The notes under the pieces: generated by a model
What the model was told of the DNA's origin: nothing
The model's database searches: none
Seen by the model: only the letters and a program-made list of their open reading frames with translations
Program-made: the position numbers and the translations under genes
Assembly (NCBI GenBank): GCA_020184695.1
Contig: JAANOX010000047.1
Span: 62,001-126,000 of the forward strand
Reading direction: 5' to 3'
Length of the DNA stretch: 64,000 nucleotides
Source: Histomonas meleagridis 2922-C6/04-290x
Lineage: Eukaryota; Protista; Parabasalia
Shown: in pieces, positions 51,736 through 63,206 of the stretch
Numbering within the stretch: the stretch's first letter is position 1
How the letters are laid out: each line of letters opens with the position of its first letter

Positions 51736-51781
51736 ATTGAAAATTTTTTTTTATTTTCACAGAATATTTTATTTATTTCAC

Positions 51782-52981
51782 TCAGTGCGCCTTTGACACT
51801 GGCGTCATGCACATTGTCCTGCTGTCGTACACCGCCCCTTCGAGTTCCCTTTTCTTCGGCATCGGCGTCTTCGCGACTTTCATCTTCTCCGCCCTTTCCG
51901 CCGCTTTCGATATTTCCTCGATGAGGTTCGTTTTCATGCTCTGCGCCTTGTTTACCTTGTCGAGTATCGAATAGTACTCCTTCTCGATGCTCTTTGACTC
52001 ATTTCGTGTTTTGTCGAGTTCGTTCTTCACTTTGTTCTTTTCGGATATCATATGCTTTTGCTTCTCTTCGTTTTTCGTTATGTCGGAAAGTATCGAATTA
52101 AGTTTTGTCGTAGCTGATGAAATTGATCGATCAATTTCTTTGAGTCGATTCTCGGAATCTGTGATCTCCTTGTGAAGGGAATTACTTGTTTCGATCGATG
52201 CTGATATTTCTTGAAGAATTGATGAATGATTTTGATGAAGAATATTGATTTCTGAAACAAGCTTAAGTTGCTCAGATTTGCGAGTGGACGTGTCTTTCAT
52301 GATGGCGGATTGATTTTCACGAAGTTGTTCAATGTTATTTTGTAATGATTCATATTCAGATTGTTTGGAAATTAATTGGATGTTAAGCTCGCTGAGTTGA
52401 GCTGTTTTAGTGGCTATGTCGTCTTTAAGTTGAGCGATTTCTTGCTTAAGATTATCGCTTTCAGTGAGAAGATCTTTGTTTTGTGATTGTATTTCTTGTG
52501 TTTTGGTTGAGATTTTGGATTGCTTTGCACTTTCAGCTTCTATATCTTTGATTACTTCGGATCTAAGCGTCTTATATTCTTGGCATTGACTTTGGACTAA
52601 TGCTAAATTAACTTCTTCCTCTTCGATTAATTGGATAATGTCTGAAAGTTCTTGCTTACGCTCTTCGATTTCAGCTATAATTAAGTTTTTACTACTTTTA
52701 GCTTCTTCAGTTTCACGAATTGCTAATTCTTTTTGACTTTCAATTTCTTTAATTTCTTTTTTTATTTCATTAATCTTATTAATCCATCCCTCTGCTTCTT
52801 CCTCAAGTTCTTTTGCTTTTTCATACTTCTCTTTTATTTCAAGGTCTAATTTTGAAATTTGCTCATTCTGTTGATTCATTTGTTCATTCAACCCATTCAT
52901 AGCATCCTCCATTAAGCTTGTCCTACGGCGAAGGTTAGTGATCTGGTGTTGAGTCCGAAGCACTGCCAAATCCATTGACAT
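51782..52981 (-). CDS. Coiled-coil protein, unknown function
   Basis: 399-aa E/K/Q-rich heptad ORF. Confidence 0.8.
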   Translation of the reverse strand: MSMDLAVLRTQHQITNLRRRTSLMEDAMNGLNEQMNQQNEQISKLDLEIKEKYEKAKELEEEAEGWINKINEIKKEIKEIESQKELAIRETEEAKSSKNLIIAEIEERKQELSDIIQLIEEEEVNLALVQSQCQEYKTLRSEVIKDIEAESAKQSKISTKTQEIQSQNKDLLTESDNLKQEIAQLKDDIATKTAQLSELNIQLISKQSEYESLQNNIEQLRENQSAIMKDTSTRKSEQLKLVSEINILHQNHSSILQEISASIETSNSLHKEITDSENRLKEIDRSISSATTKLNSILSDITKNEEKQKHMISEKNKVKNELDKTRNESKSIEKEYYSILDKVNKAQSMKTNLIEEISKAAERAEKMKVAKTPMPKKRELEGAVYDSRTMCMTPVSKAH

Positions 52982-53216
52982 CTTCCGGAATAATATGCAT
53001 CAAAAAAAAAGTGCGCCAAATTTTAACGTACAAAATTATGTAAATATTTCAATCAAATAAAGACATTTTTTGACCTTTCTGTCCATTCTCAATGCAACAA
53101 TCATTAAAAAAAAAGTTATACTTATTTAAATTTAAAAGCTTTTTTTGTTTAGAAGCATCTTTTAAAAATATAGTTTATTAAAAATTTAAATTAATTTATG
53201 ATTTACTGAACTTTGT

Positions 53217-53771
53217 TTATTTTGTTAATATACCTGACTCCTTGAGCTTGGTTAATGCAAGATATCGATGTGATAAATGGTTTTTGGCACCTTCTGGTAA
53301 TTCGGCATATGTCAAATCAGATCCATTTGGAAGGAATATTGGATCAAAACCAAATCCACCTGTGCCTCTTGGTTCAACAATTGTTCCTTCAACACTTCCT
53401 GTGAATACAATTGGTTCAGCATCTGGGCCTGCACAATAACCCATGCTGCAGGTTACAGTTGCAGATTTATCTTCGAATCCAGCAAGAAGCTTAGTAAGTT
53501 TTTCTGGTGTTAACTTTTCAACAAATGCTCTTATGTAAGCACCAGGCAAACCACCAAGTGCATGAAAGTGAAGCGCTGTATCATCAACTAAAGCTGGGCC
53601 TTGAAGTCTTTTGGCTGCTTCCTTTGCTTTGAAAAAAGCAACTTGTTCGGATGTTTCAAATTGGTATTCTGGAAGATCAATGGATTGATGTGCTACCTCA
53701 AATCCAATAATTTCCTTGAATTCATTGAGCTTTCCTTTGTTACTAGTGACAAAAGTTACGCTTTTATACAT
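53217..53771 (-). CDS. ITPA: Inosine triphosphate pyrophosphatase (Ham1 family)
   Basis: FVTSNKGKLNE, DLPEYQ, LVDDTAL, GLPGAYI, FGFDPIF, KNHLSHR. Confidence 0.97.
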   Translation of the reverse strand: MYKSVTFVTSNKGKLNEFKEIIGFEVAHQSIDLPEYQFETSEQVAFFKAKEAAKRLQGPALVDDTALHFHALGGLPGAYIRAFVEKLTPEKLTKLLAGFEDKSATVTCSMGYCAGPDAEPIVFTGSVEGTIVEPRGTGGFGFDPIFLPNGSDLTYAELPEGAKNHLSHRYLALTKLKESGILTK

Positions 53772-54122
53772 GAATATTAATTGACCAATAGAATTGAGGA
53801 CTTTGTTTGAATTTATAAAAATATTTTTTTTTCTTTTGGTTTGAATAAGAGTGATAATTTATAATACATTAGCTACATATACCCTTGCGAACTAATCATA
53901 TTTTCTTAAGGAAGTTAAAATAATTTCAAGACTAATTTGTAATGTAATAATTTTCTTTTCAACAATTTTTTTGGCCAATCATTTATATCATCCAAATAAA
54001 CAATGGCCTTATGATAATTTAGGTTTTGATAAAAATAATAAGATAGAAAATGGCTATCATTTTATTTTTTGCTTCTAAAAAATTCAATGGAAAAAGATTG
54101 TATTTCATTCAATTACCCCATT

Positions 54123-54839
54123 ATGTCAGAGTACAACATAAACCTTACATTTGTTTCAGCAACATTGGACCAAGCTGAAGTTAAGCGACACACAGAACAT
54201 GGAATAAAAAATGCATGGTTCGTTATAACTACTGATGGTGCAGCAAGTCCGACATCAACAGCATCAGCTCCAATTTCTCCAAGTATGACATTCAACTATC
54301 CCATAAATATCAGCTTAATTTCTCCTCGTTTAGATAATGTGTGTATTTATTTCACTCTTTGTACATTTGGAAGATCCCAAAATGAAATGTACCCGATTGC
54401 TAGATCTCGTTCTAGAATCAGCAAGCTTCCCTTAAATTCAAATGGAACTTTTACATTACCATTAATGAGTCAAAACAAAAAAGTTGCATCCGTAACATTG
54501 ATTGGAACAATTCAGGAAAAAACAAACCCAGGATATCCAAACCCCCCTATGCAAAATCCAATTCAACCTCAAATTCCTCAACCAAATCCTGTCCCACCTC
54601 CATATCCTGTGTATCAACAGCAATATCAACAACAAAAACCAATACCTGTTGCGCCACCACAGTACCCACCTCCACCACCACCTCCTCCTGCATATGAACA
54701 AAATCCTTACATGCAACAGACACCACAAAATCCATCTCAACAGAGTCATTCTTCAGGCTCTGACTCATACACTCCAAATCCATATGAACAGGTAGGTGCA
54801 AACAATTATGCTCCCACAGGAAATAATTACTTTTACTAA
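54123..54839 (+). CDS. C2-like N-terminal domain plus Pro/Gln/Tyr-rich tail with PPxY motifs
   Basis: Beta-rich N-terminal ~130 aa, then PVPPPY, APPQY, PPPAY and NPY motifs. ATG at 54123. Confidence 0.75.
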   Translation: MSEYNINLTFVSATLDQAEVKRHTEHGIKNAWFVITTDGAASPTSTASAPISPSMTFNYPINISLISPRLDNVCIYFTLCTFGRSQNEMYPIARSRSRISKLPLNSNGTFTLPLMSQNKKVASVTLIGTIQEKTNPGYPNPPMQNPIQPQIPQPNPVPPPYPVYQQQYQQQKPIPVAPPQYPPPPPPPPAYEQNPYMQQTPQNPSQQSHSSGSDSYTPNPYEQVGANNYAPTGNNYFY

Positions 54840-54927
54840 ATAAACAAAAGGGTTTGCTAATTTTTAAAGATTACTTCAAAAGTGTCCTTTTAACGTTCTC
54901 CTCAAAAGTGCTGTTTGGCTGGGTGAA

Positions 54928-57699
54928 ATGGAAGAAAGTCTTTGCCAATTATTTGATCAATTATCCAAGCCACAAATTTCTTATGAAGATATTACAAATG
55001 GAATTTTGCAGATTCTCCAAAATCCCAATGCAATTTTTGCTTTAATTAATATTGCAAGATCAACCAATCTTCCTAATTCGATTAGAAATGCTTCTTTGGT
55101 TTTTGGTTACAAATTTTTTAGTGATTTAAAAGATATGCAGAAGGATCTTCCTGATTATTCCTCAATAAAAAATCATTTATTTGAATTACTTAGAAATGAA
55201 TCAGATGCAACAATTCAAAAATCAATTTGTAATTTAATTTCCATCTATGCAGAGTATAACAGTGAAATTTCTCCATGGCCAGAACTTCCATCTATTTGTA
55301 TTAATTTGATACAAATTCCAGAATATCAATTGATTGGACTATATCTCCTTAATAACATATATGAATTCTTTCAGCCTGAAGAATGCGAGTTGGTGTTACC
55401 ATTTTATCGACAATTAAGTACATCAGCTTTATTATCAGCAGATAAAGAATTTCGTTTACAAGGATATATTGCCATTGAAAACATTACATTTTTTACTGAT
55501 GATCCTGAAACACTTTCACAAATTCCGAATCTTATTAATACTCTTAAAATGATATTACAAAAATGTGTATATGAAATCCAAGATGAAACAGAATGTGCGT
55601 ATTTATTTGGGATGATTTCTTATTTAATCAGTGATCAAAATTTAAATCTTACAGAATGTATACCAGATTTTTGTAATTTTGTATTTACATTAATTAATGA
55701 AAATGTTATACCACTTCAAATCAAAATATCATCGATTCAACTTATAGAAAATTTACCATTTTTATTGTCATTATTTTTTGAAGAAAATCTTGAGCGAATA
55801 ATTCATGATATTATTAAGTTATCACTTGAATCATGTGTTGAATTTGGTAGAGATACAGAGCCATATCAATTTAGCACGATTTTTCTTAATTCTCTTTCGT
55901 CATATGTTAATTCTGATTTAGTTTTTCAAGTTTGTTATAAATTTGCAATGCAATTATTAGTTAGTAATGAACCAAATCAACAACAATTATCATTTTTTAT
56001 ATTATCATCTATCATTGAGAATTGTTCAAAATCATTTTTATTATGTTCAAATGAAATTATTCCTATTGTTAAGAAATTTATATTAATAAATGATGTTCCT
56101 ATATCAATTAATGCGATGATATTACTTTTAGGATTTATAACATATATACCAGAAACGTTATATAAATATTATGATGAATTAGTTGAATGTTTATTACAAA
56201 GGATTCCATTTGGAAACTCATTAAATATACTTGATTTATTATTAAAGAAATCAAATAAATCTACAAAACATTTAGAACAATTACTTAATAATTTATTACA
56301 ATTAATTATACAAAATATTGATTTTAAAGATTCAATTATTTCTTGTATTTCAAGTTCTCTTTTATATTGTGATCCTAATGAAAACTTTTATATGATTTTA
56401 GTTCCAATTTTTGAGAAACTTATCGAAGATAAATCACTTTTAGGTCCAATTTATAAATGTTTAGGTACAATATCAAAAGTTTCACCAATTTCGACATTAA
56501 ATAATCTTGGAAATATTGTATCTATTATATATCAAAATCAAAATCAATTTTTGGAATTACTTCCAGGACTTTATAAACTAATAAAACAATTTCCTAATGA
56601 ATTCCAAAAATTTACAGAAATTATTAATATATTAATTAAATTAACAGATGATAATAGTAATAGTTTAATAGCAATTAAATGTTTATCTTATATTCAACCT
56701 GATATAAATTTTGCAAATTGTCTTATAAAGAAATTAAATGATCCAAATGTTTTTGATATACATCCAGAAATTATCAAAATAATTTCGGCTTCATTTCCAA
56801 ATTTATTAAAATTACCGAATTTTAATTGTATAGAACTTTTTAATCAAATTATTTTTATGATAAAACAAGAAGAAGAATTTCTTGAACAAGAACAAGTTAT
56901 CAAAATATTAAAATCAATAAAATTAATTATTTCATATGATCAAATGTTTAGTAATAATATTTCCGAAACTTTAATTAAATTATTTATAAATCTTCTTAAT
57001 GAAAATTTATTATTTTTACAAAATTCTGATCCAACAATCAAATTAATAAAAACAATTTATAGTTTAATTAATAGGTTTATACAAATTAATAATAATCAAA
57101 ATTATTTGCAACCTTTAATACCTGTATTAACACAAATTATTACAACTTCAGAAGATAAAATAAAAATTAGTTTTGCAGTTTATTCATTGACACAAATTTC
57201 AATTTTATTACAACAAATCGAAATATTTAATTTTATATTATCAAAAATAATTCCATTTTTAAGTTTACAAGAAAATAATTCAATTCTAATGAAAAATGTT
57301 TTCGCTTCATTTGCTTTGATGATAAAATTTAGTCCACAAATAATGCAACAATTCCAAAAGCAATTTAATGATTCTTTAGGAGTTTTACAATTAGTTATAA
57401 ATGGTTCAAATGAATTTGCTGATATTTATCCCGAAATTGTTTCTTTATGGTCACAATGCATTTTACGATTTAATTGGAATGTTTCATTGGATTATGTGAA
57501 TACTGTTTTATCTTTTCTGGATATTAATAATATTAACTTCCAAAATTCCTTGTGCTTGATAGAATTATGTTGTGCTAAGCAATTAAATGATTATGGAAAG
57601 AAAATTGCAATGAAAATGACGAAATATCCTCCAGTGGTTATAAGCTTAATTCCAGAAAATTTGGTGTCGTATCTAAAATCTGTTTTACAATCTGAATAA
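54928..57699 (+). CDS. HEAT-repeat karyopherin-beta-like protein (importin-4/5-like, divergent)
   Basis: 923-aa helical solenoid; IBN_N-like start, PWPEL motif. Confidence 0.75.
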   Translation: MEESLCQLFDQLSKPQISYEDITNGILQILQNPNAIFALINIARSTNLPNSIRNASLVFGYKFFSDLKDMQKDLPDYSSIKNHLFELLRNESDATIQKSICNLISIYAEYNSEISPWPELPSICINLIQIPEYQLIGLYLLNNIYEFFQPEECELVLPFYRQLSTSALLSADKEFRLQGYIAIENITFFTDDPETLSQIPNLINTLKMILQKCVYEIQDETECAYLFGMISYLISDQNLNLTECIPDFCNFVFTLINENVIPLQIKISSIQLIENLPFLLSLFFEENLERIIHDIIKLSLESCVEFGRDTEPYQFSTIFLNSLSSYVNSDLVFQVCYKFAMQLLVSNEPNQQQLSFFILSSIIENCSKSFLLCSNEIIPIVKKFILINDVPISINAMILLLGFITYIPETLYKYYDELVECLLQRIPFGNSLNILDLLLKKSNKSTKHLEQLLNNLLQLIIQNIDFKDSIISCISSSLLYCDPNENFYMILVPIFEKLIEDKSLLGPIYKCLGTISKVSPISTLNNLGNIVSIIYQNQNQFLELLPGLYKLIKQFPNEFQKFTEIINILIKLTDDNSNSLIAIKCLSYIQPDINFANCLIKKLNDPNVFDIHPEIIKIISASFPNLLKLPNFNCIELFNQIIFMIKQEEEFLEQEQVIKILKSIKLIISYDQMFSNNISETLIKLFINLLNENLLFLQNSDPTIKLIKTIYSLINRFIQINNNQNYLQPLIPVLTQIITTSEDKIKISFAVYSLTQISILLQQIEIFNFILSKIIPFLSLQENNSILMKNVFASFALMIKFSPQIMQQFQKQFNDSLGVLQLVINGSNEFADIYPEIVSLWSQCILRFNWNVSLDYVNTVLSFLDINNINFQNSLCLIELCCAKQLNDYGKKIAMKMTKYPPVVISLIPENLVSYLKSVLQSE

Positions 57700-58135
57700 A
57701 TATATATAATAAAACTTTTGTTTTTAATATATAAAAAAAGAATTAATAATATTTTCATATGTTAATACTTTTTAAATGTTTTTTCTTTAACATTAAAACA
57801 TTTGGATAATATTTATTTGGGAAATGAATCTTTATTCATTAATATATAAAGCAAAAATTATTATACAACAATTTTTCATATCCAATATACATTGATAATT
57901 TCATTTTTTAATATACATTAATACTAAACCATCCAGATATTATTCAGTACGACCAAAATAAATATATTTTCATAACATTCTTCGGAAGAAAGTGCACACA
58001 AAAGTTTTTCAAAAATTTCTTTCAATTTTCTTGAGAACAATTGAAATCCACCGACAATTTTACATAAAATAAATATATATTTAGTGTAACATATATGAAT
58101 TTATTGCATGAAAAGAATAAGATATTTTAAAATGT

Positions 58136-58528
58136 TTATTCTTCTTCTTCCTCTTCAAATAAAGCATCTGAATCATCAACAAATGGCGTAAGATGTCCAA
58201 CTAGATGAACTTCATCTGGACCATCTGCACAAAGTTCAATCATGTTTAGAGGAGAGTAAACCAACGCTAAGTTTTGAAATTCCTTAACATTTGGAATAAA
58301 TGTGGCAATAAGTAAATCTGATGTTATAGATTTTACATCTTCATCAGATTTGAATATAAGGCTTTCGACATGTGATTTCAAACGTGTTATTGAATTTGAT
58401 GTAGGATTTGGGATACAAGCACTTGTAATTGTGAGCATAGCATCGTCTGGAAAACAAACAGAAACTGGTTCTCCAGGTTTAATTGTTTGACTCCAGAAAA
58501 CAGGAATTTCAATAAATTCGCTGTTCAT
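58136..58528 (-). CDS. Nucleoplasmin-like (NPL) domain protein with acidic tail
   Basis: VFWSQTIKPG..LTITSACI..LIATF..GPDEVHLVG + DDSDALFEEEEE. Confidence 0.85.
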   Translation of the reverse strand: MNSEFIEIPVFWSQTIKPGEPVSVCFPDDAMLTITSACIPNPTSNSITRLKSHVESLIFKSDEDVKSITSDLLIATFIPNVKEFQNLALVYSPLNMIELCADGPDEVHLVGHLTPFVDDSDALFEEEEEE

Positions 58529-58642
58529 ATTATTAAACCGACATGTGATGTGAAATTCTATTATTTGTAAACAAAAAGTGCAGAGTTTGTTTAATGTAAA
58601 CTATTTATTGAGTTTACGTTTACAATTTTTACCAAAAAATTA

Positions 58643-61507
58643 ATGGAAACAGAAAGTCATCAAAACGATATACAAGAACTTGATAAAATTTATTCATTCA
58701 TGTCTGCTCAGTTTTCTTATGAAGTCCATTCTTTTGATGACATTAAAAATATTATACTTTCATTAAATGAAAATATCCACAATATAAAAAATGTCAACAA
58801 AAAGCTTCAAAAAGAAAACATCAAAATTAAACATGAATATGAAGATCTAGCAAAAATTGAAAATATCCAAAGATCAAGAAAAGAAAAATATAAAAGCAAA
58901 TTCGGCAATCTAAAAAAACAATCTAATGAGCTAAATGCTTCTTATTCCAAGCTTATGCTTGATCTAAATGAAGTAGAATTAAATTCAAAAACATTACAAG
59001 CAGAAAATTCTAAACTTCAAAATGAAAACAATGAATTAAAAAATCTATTAAAATCACAAGCACACTCAGAGCTTTCTCCTAATAATGAACAGGCTAACTC
59101 CAACTTTGAAGAAATTTTTAAAATCCAAGCAGATTCAATTTCATTATTATCACATCAAAAAGAAACTTTGTATAATATCGTCAATCAAGTTGATTCTGTT
59201 CTTCAGTTTTCAGAGAGAAAAATTAGGGAACTACAAAATGAAAAAGATGATATTTTGAAATCATCTCAAAGCGAAGTTCGACAAATTCAATCTGAATTTA
59301 ATCAATTCAAAGAGGATATTTTAAATGTTATACCAGAGGATTTAAAGAAAGAAGAAGATATAATTACATCTATCAAATGGCTTGCTGAAAGATATGAGAA
59401 ACTTAAAGAGGGTGAAAGCAAAAATGAACGCCTTAGTCAAGACCAGCACTATTTAATGCTTCTTGAACAATTAGAAGGTTCAATGAGATTTATTAATAAT
59501 ATTGCAAGTTCGGAAAAACAAACTTTTAACACTGTTCCCCTTACACAAGACACTTCGTTACGCACTGCACTTCATACACAATGTGCAAGAATAGGTCGAT
59601 TTATTGATGAAAATATGATTGAACTAAAAATACCTAAGCTTTCAACAGGGAAATCTATATTTGATCCTTCCGAATTTAATGATTATTTGCAACAGATTGA
59701 TCACATAATTGAAAATTCCAACTTTCGAGAATTGTATGCTTTATTTGTTGGGGTGGTCCAAGTTAATTCTCTTCAATCAAATCACATTGATCAACTTACA
59801 AATAAGCTTAAAGAGATTAGACAAAGTTCTCTTTCATCTGAGGAAATAGAAGATCTTGAAAAACAACTTTATGAACTACAAGAATGGAAAAATTCAAAAG
59901 AAGAATTAATTGAAGAAATAAGAAAAATTTTAGATCTAAATAATTTCAATGATGAAGAACTTTTTGCACGAATTAACGAAGTTGTAAAACTCAATGATTT
60001 ATTACAAAGTCAAATTGATGAATTGAAACAAAACCAAAATATTTTAAGTAAAGAGGAATTTGACAAAATCAGCAACGAGCTTAACAATGTTGTTGAAGCA
60101 TTTAATTCAGAACAATCTAATAATGTAAGAGAAATTGAAAATCTCAAATCAACCCTCAAATCTAAAGACGAAACTATCGCAAAACTCGAGCAAACAATCG
60201 AGGACAACACATGCAAGCTCCAAGAGAAAAATGAAGAAATCAATAATTTTAAGAATATCCAAAACGACACAATTCGCCTTGAAAAAAGCCTTCAAGAAAA
60301 GTTTTTGCTTGTTGCATCTGAGAACAAAACACTTATTTCAAATCTTAAGCGAATGAAAAGTACTTTAAAGAAACAAAATGATCAACTTGATCAATATCAG
60401 AGAACGGAAAACAAACTCCGAAAAGCGAAAGATTCGCTAAAAGAAAAGCTCGAGTTAATGGAGAATCAAAATAAGAAAGGATTAGAAGATCTAAACAAAA
60501 GAAATGCTGAACTTTCAAATCGTTATGATTTATTGGTTTGCGATCTTGAAAGTGAAATCAAAGAATTGAATGAGAGTAAACAGAAAATAAGTGCTGAAAA
60601 AGAATTATTAGCAAAACAAAAGGCCGAACTTTCTGTAGAGTTAACACGGGTAAAAATAAGCGAGCGCTCGCTTATCCTTAAGCTTGCGGCTCTCCAGCGT
60701 CAAATTGATATCAAAAATTCAGCAGATAAAGAAAGCGCTCATATGATGAAGAGGAGGGTTGAAGCTGAAAAGCAAACCAATGACGTACAGAGTGAAGTTG
60801 TGAAGGAAGGATTGGTGTCCATTCTTGAAAAATATTATGGAATAATAATTAGTAACGAGGAAAACATCGCAAAAATCTTCATGGAGCTTGAGTTAGCAAT
60901 GAAGAAGAAGGAAGACGAACTTTTTATCAAAAAAGATGCCTATGAAACAAGGAAAAAATTTGGCATCAAACAAAGCTCGTCAATTCTCAGTACGGTTTCG
61001 GCGGTTTTACAGAAAAACAACGATTTAACGATAGAGAACGATAGACTCAAGAAAGAAACAAAACATATCAAAGATGAGCTATCTAAAGAAAAAAAGAAAT
61101 CAGGTTCTATGCAAACAAAGGCCAGAAACTCAGATGAATGGGAATTATGGGGCAGATCAATTTATCGTCAGATTCTTGATGGAGTTGAACCCGTTCAAAA
61201 TCAAAAAGAACTTCGTTTCTTACTTGAAGAAGCACTTCTTGCTGGGATTGGGCATAGAGAAATCATCAGAAAACTCGAACTTATGAGGAAAGAAAAGATT
61301 CTCATTTCGAAATTCCCTAAAATCGAGAAATCGAAGTCAGCGGCAGATGTTACATCTCTGAGGCCTCTACTGCTACTTGCTGTGTGCTCAAGAAGGCTGC
61401 AGTCCATTAGTGGATGTTTGCCTTCGAAGATTACTCTTCCATCGAAAAGAAACTTTGAGGAAACAGAACCAAATATAACTTTTTCATCCGATAATTCTTT
61501 GTTTTAA
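58643..61507 (+). CDS. Large coiled-coil protein (trichomonad 'A-type inclusion'-like structural family)
   Basis: 954-aa heptad-rich ORF with a conserved-looking C-terminal EWELWGRSIY..LRFLLEE..KLELMRKEK block. Confidence 0.82.
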   Translation: METESHQNDIQELDKIYSFMSAQFSYEVHSFDDIKNIILSLNENIHNIKNVNKKLQKENIKIKHEYEDLAKIENIQRSRKEKYKSKFGNLKKQSNELNASYSKLMLDLNEVELNSKTLQAENSKLQNENNELKNLLKSQAHSELSPNNEQANSNFEEIFKIQADSISLLSHQKETLYNIVNQVDSVLQFSERKIRELQNEKDDILKSSQSEVRQIQSEFNQFKEDILNVIPEDLKKEEDIITSIKWLAERYEKLKEGESKNERLSQDQHYLMLLEQLEGSMRFINNIASSEKQTFNTVPLTQDTSLRTALHTQCARIGRFIDENMIELKIPKLSTGKSIFDPSEFNDYLQQIDHIIENSNFRELYALFVGVVQVNSLQSNHIDQLTNKLKEIRQSSLSSEEIEDLEKQLYELQEWKNSKEELIEEIRKILDLNNFNDEELFARINEVVKLNDLLQSQIDELKQNQNILSKEEFDKISNELNNVVEAFNSEQSNNVREIENLKSTLKSKDETIAKLEQTIEDNTCKLQEKNEEINNFKNIQNDTIRLEKSLQEKFLLVASENKTLISNLKRMKSTLKKQNDQLDQYQRTENKLRKAKDSLKEKLELMENQNKKGLEDLNKRNAELSNRYDLLVCDLESEIKELNESKQKISAEKELLAKQKAELSVELTRVKISERSLILKLAALQRQIDIKNSADKESAHMMKRRVEAEKQTNDVQSEVVKEGLVSILEKYYGIIISNEENIAKIFMELELAMKKKEDELFIKKDAYETRKKFGIKQSSSILSTVSAVLQKNNDLTIENDRLKKETKHIKDELSKEKKKSGSMQTKARNSDEWELWGRSIYRQILDGVEPVQNQKELRFLLEEALLAGIGHREIIRKLELMRKEKILISKFPKIEKSKSAADVTSLRPLLLLAVCSRRLQSISGCLPSKITLPSKRNFEETEPNITFSSDNSLF

Positions 61508-61795
61508 TAAATTTTCATAATGTAAATTGTTCAGCATTTTAATATATCTGAAAGAAAAATATCGCAGAAGGTGATTTATAAAATAAGTGCAAATTTGATG
61601 AAAAGAAAATTGTTCATGATGATTTGATTTTCAAAAAACAAACAATTAATATTATTTATGGCATTTTCACAAAACAATTGTAATAATTGTAATAATGTAA
61701 TGAAGATTTGATAATTAATGATATCTTTTTACTTGAATAGATTTATATAAAAACAAAAAAAATTCATATCCAACATTTGTGTTCTGAAAAGAAAA

Positions 61796-61945
61796 GAAGA
61801 AGAAGAAGAAGAAGAAGAAGAAGAAGAAGAAGAAGAAGAAGAAGAAGAAGAAGAAGAAGAAGAAGAAGAAGAAGAAGAAGAAGAAGAAGAAGAAGAAGAA
61901 GAAGAAGAAGAAGAAGAAGAAGAAGAAGAAAAAAAAAAAAAAAAA
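61796..61945. repeat. Perfect (GAA)45 microsatellite followed by an A-run
   Basis: GAA uninterrupted from 61796 to 61930, then A15 at 61931-61945. Confidence 0.98.
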
Positions 61946-62002
61946 TACATTTACATAAAGACAATACAAACATGCAAATATATGATTCAAGTAAAATTGC
62001 AA

Positions 62003-62584
62003 CTAACCACAACACTTATTTTTCTTAGCGTTTGTATTTGATAGTTGAATTGCTTCAGAACGACGCGCTGTGTCAATTTCATTTGATAAATCACTTGCAA
62101 CTGCTTGAAACAGTGATAAAACCATTGAATGATCTTTTGCTGTTGTAGCAAAAAATGGACATTTTCTTTCTTCACAAAATTTCTTTGCTTCTTCAATTAA
62201 AGGTGATTTTGGATCAAGATCAATTTTATTTGCAACAACATATTTTCTACAAGATTGGCCACATTCTAATTCTAACATTTCAAACCACGTTGGTAAATTA
62301 TCAAAACTTTCACGCATATCAATAGAAAAAACAAAAATCGAGGCAGAGCATCCACGGGAATACATTGGAATTATTGATCTGTAGCGTTCCTGTCCAGCTG
62401 TATCCCAAATATGGAGGACAAAAGTACCACTTTCAGTCATAAAACTGTGAGAAATATATGATGCACCAATAGTTGGTTCATTTTGTTCTTTGAATTTTTT
62501 TTTGAAGAGTTGAAAAACAATACTACTTTTCCCAACAGAAGAATCACCAAGCATAATGACTTTTGAAGATGTGTCTGATTGCAT
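62003..62584 (-). CDS. Rab GTPase
   Basis: GDSSVGKS, TIGASY, WDTAGQERY, NKID, ATTAK, C-terminal CCG. Confidence 0.95.
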   Translation of the reverse strand: MQSDTSSKVIMLGDSSVGKSSIVFQLFKKKFKEQNEPTIGASYISHSFMTESGTFVLHIWDTAGQERYRSIIPMYSRGCSASIFVFSIDMRESFDNLPTWFEMLELECGQSCRKYVVANKIDLDPKSPLIEEAKKFCEERKCPFFATTAKDHSMVLSLFQAVASDLSNEIDTARRSEAIQLSNTNAKKNKCCG

Positions 62585-63206
62585 AACAAGTTATTTTTTT
62601 TCTTTTTTCAAAATTGTAAACGATAATGAAACGATACCATTTAAATATCTGAGTTTTGTGAGGGGAAAGTAATTTGTCAGGGCGCCCCGTATATTGAATC
62701 TTAAAAAACATTTCATTTTATGTGCTATGGGTTGATTAGTCATAACACAGTAAATCCCCACATAAAGTCAAAGTTATGACATTATTCAAAACAAAAATAA
62801 TAAAATAAACTATATCATTTTGGCATTTTACTAAATGTAAAATTATACAAGAATTTTACATTTTGTACCAAAAAACATTTTTACCCTACTCGAGTAGAAT
62901 GTTAGAGAATAATTAAAATAAATTTGTACCAGTTTGAAATATTTTTTAAACAAATTACAAATGCTATTTTAAAAAAAATTGAAGAAGGGAGATTTTAGAA
63001 TTAAAATTACCAGAAAAAACGCTAGTTCTCCATTTTTAATTTACAGAATTAAGTTTTATATTACCATTAGATAACAAAAAATTAAACTTCGATATTGTGT
63101 ACTTGAATCGACCAAATAAGTGATCAAAAGTAATGACATAAAGTATATAATTTCTTTCAATTTGAATTAATACAAAAAGTTATAAATTTGAATTGACAAT
63201 TTCTTG

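Noticed and set aside
61715-62028. Poly-Phe, poly-Ser, poly-Leu and poly-Arg ORFs
   Set aside because: Artefacts of the stop-free GAA/TTC microsatellite.
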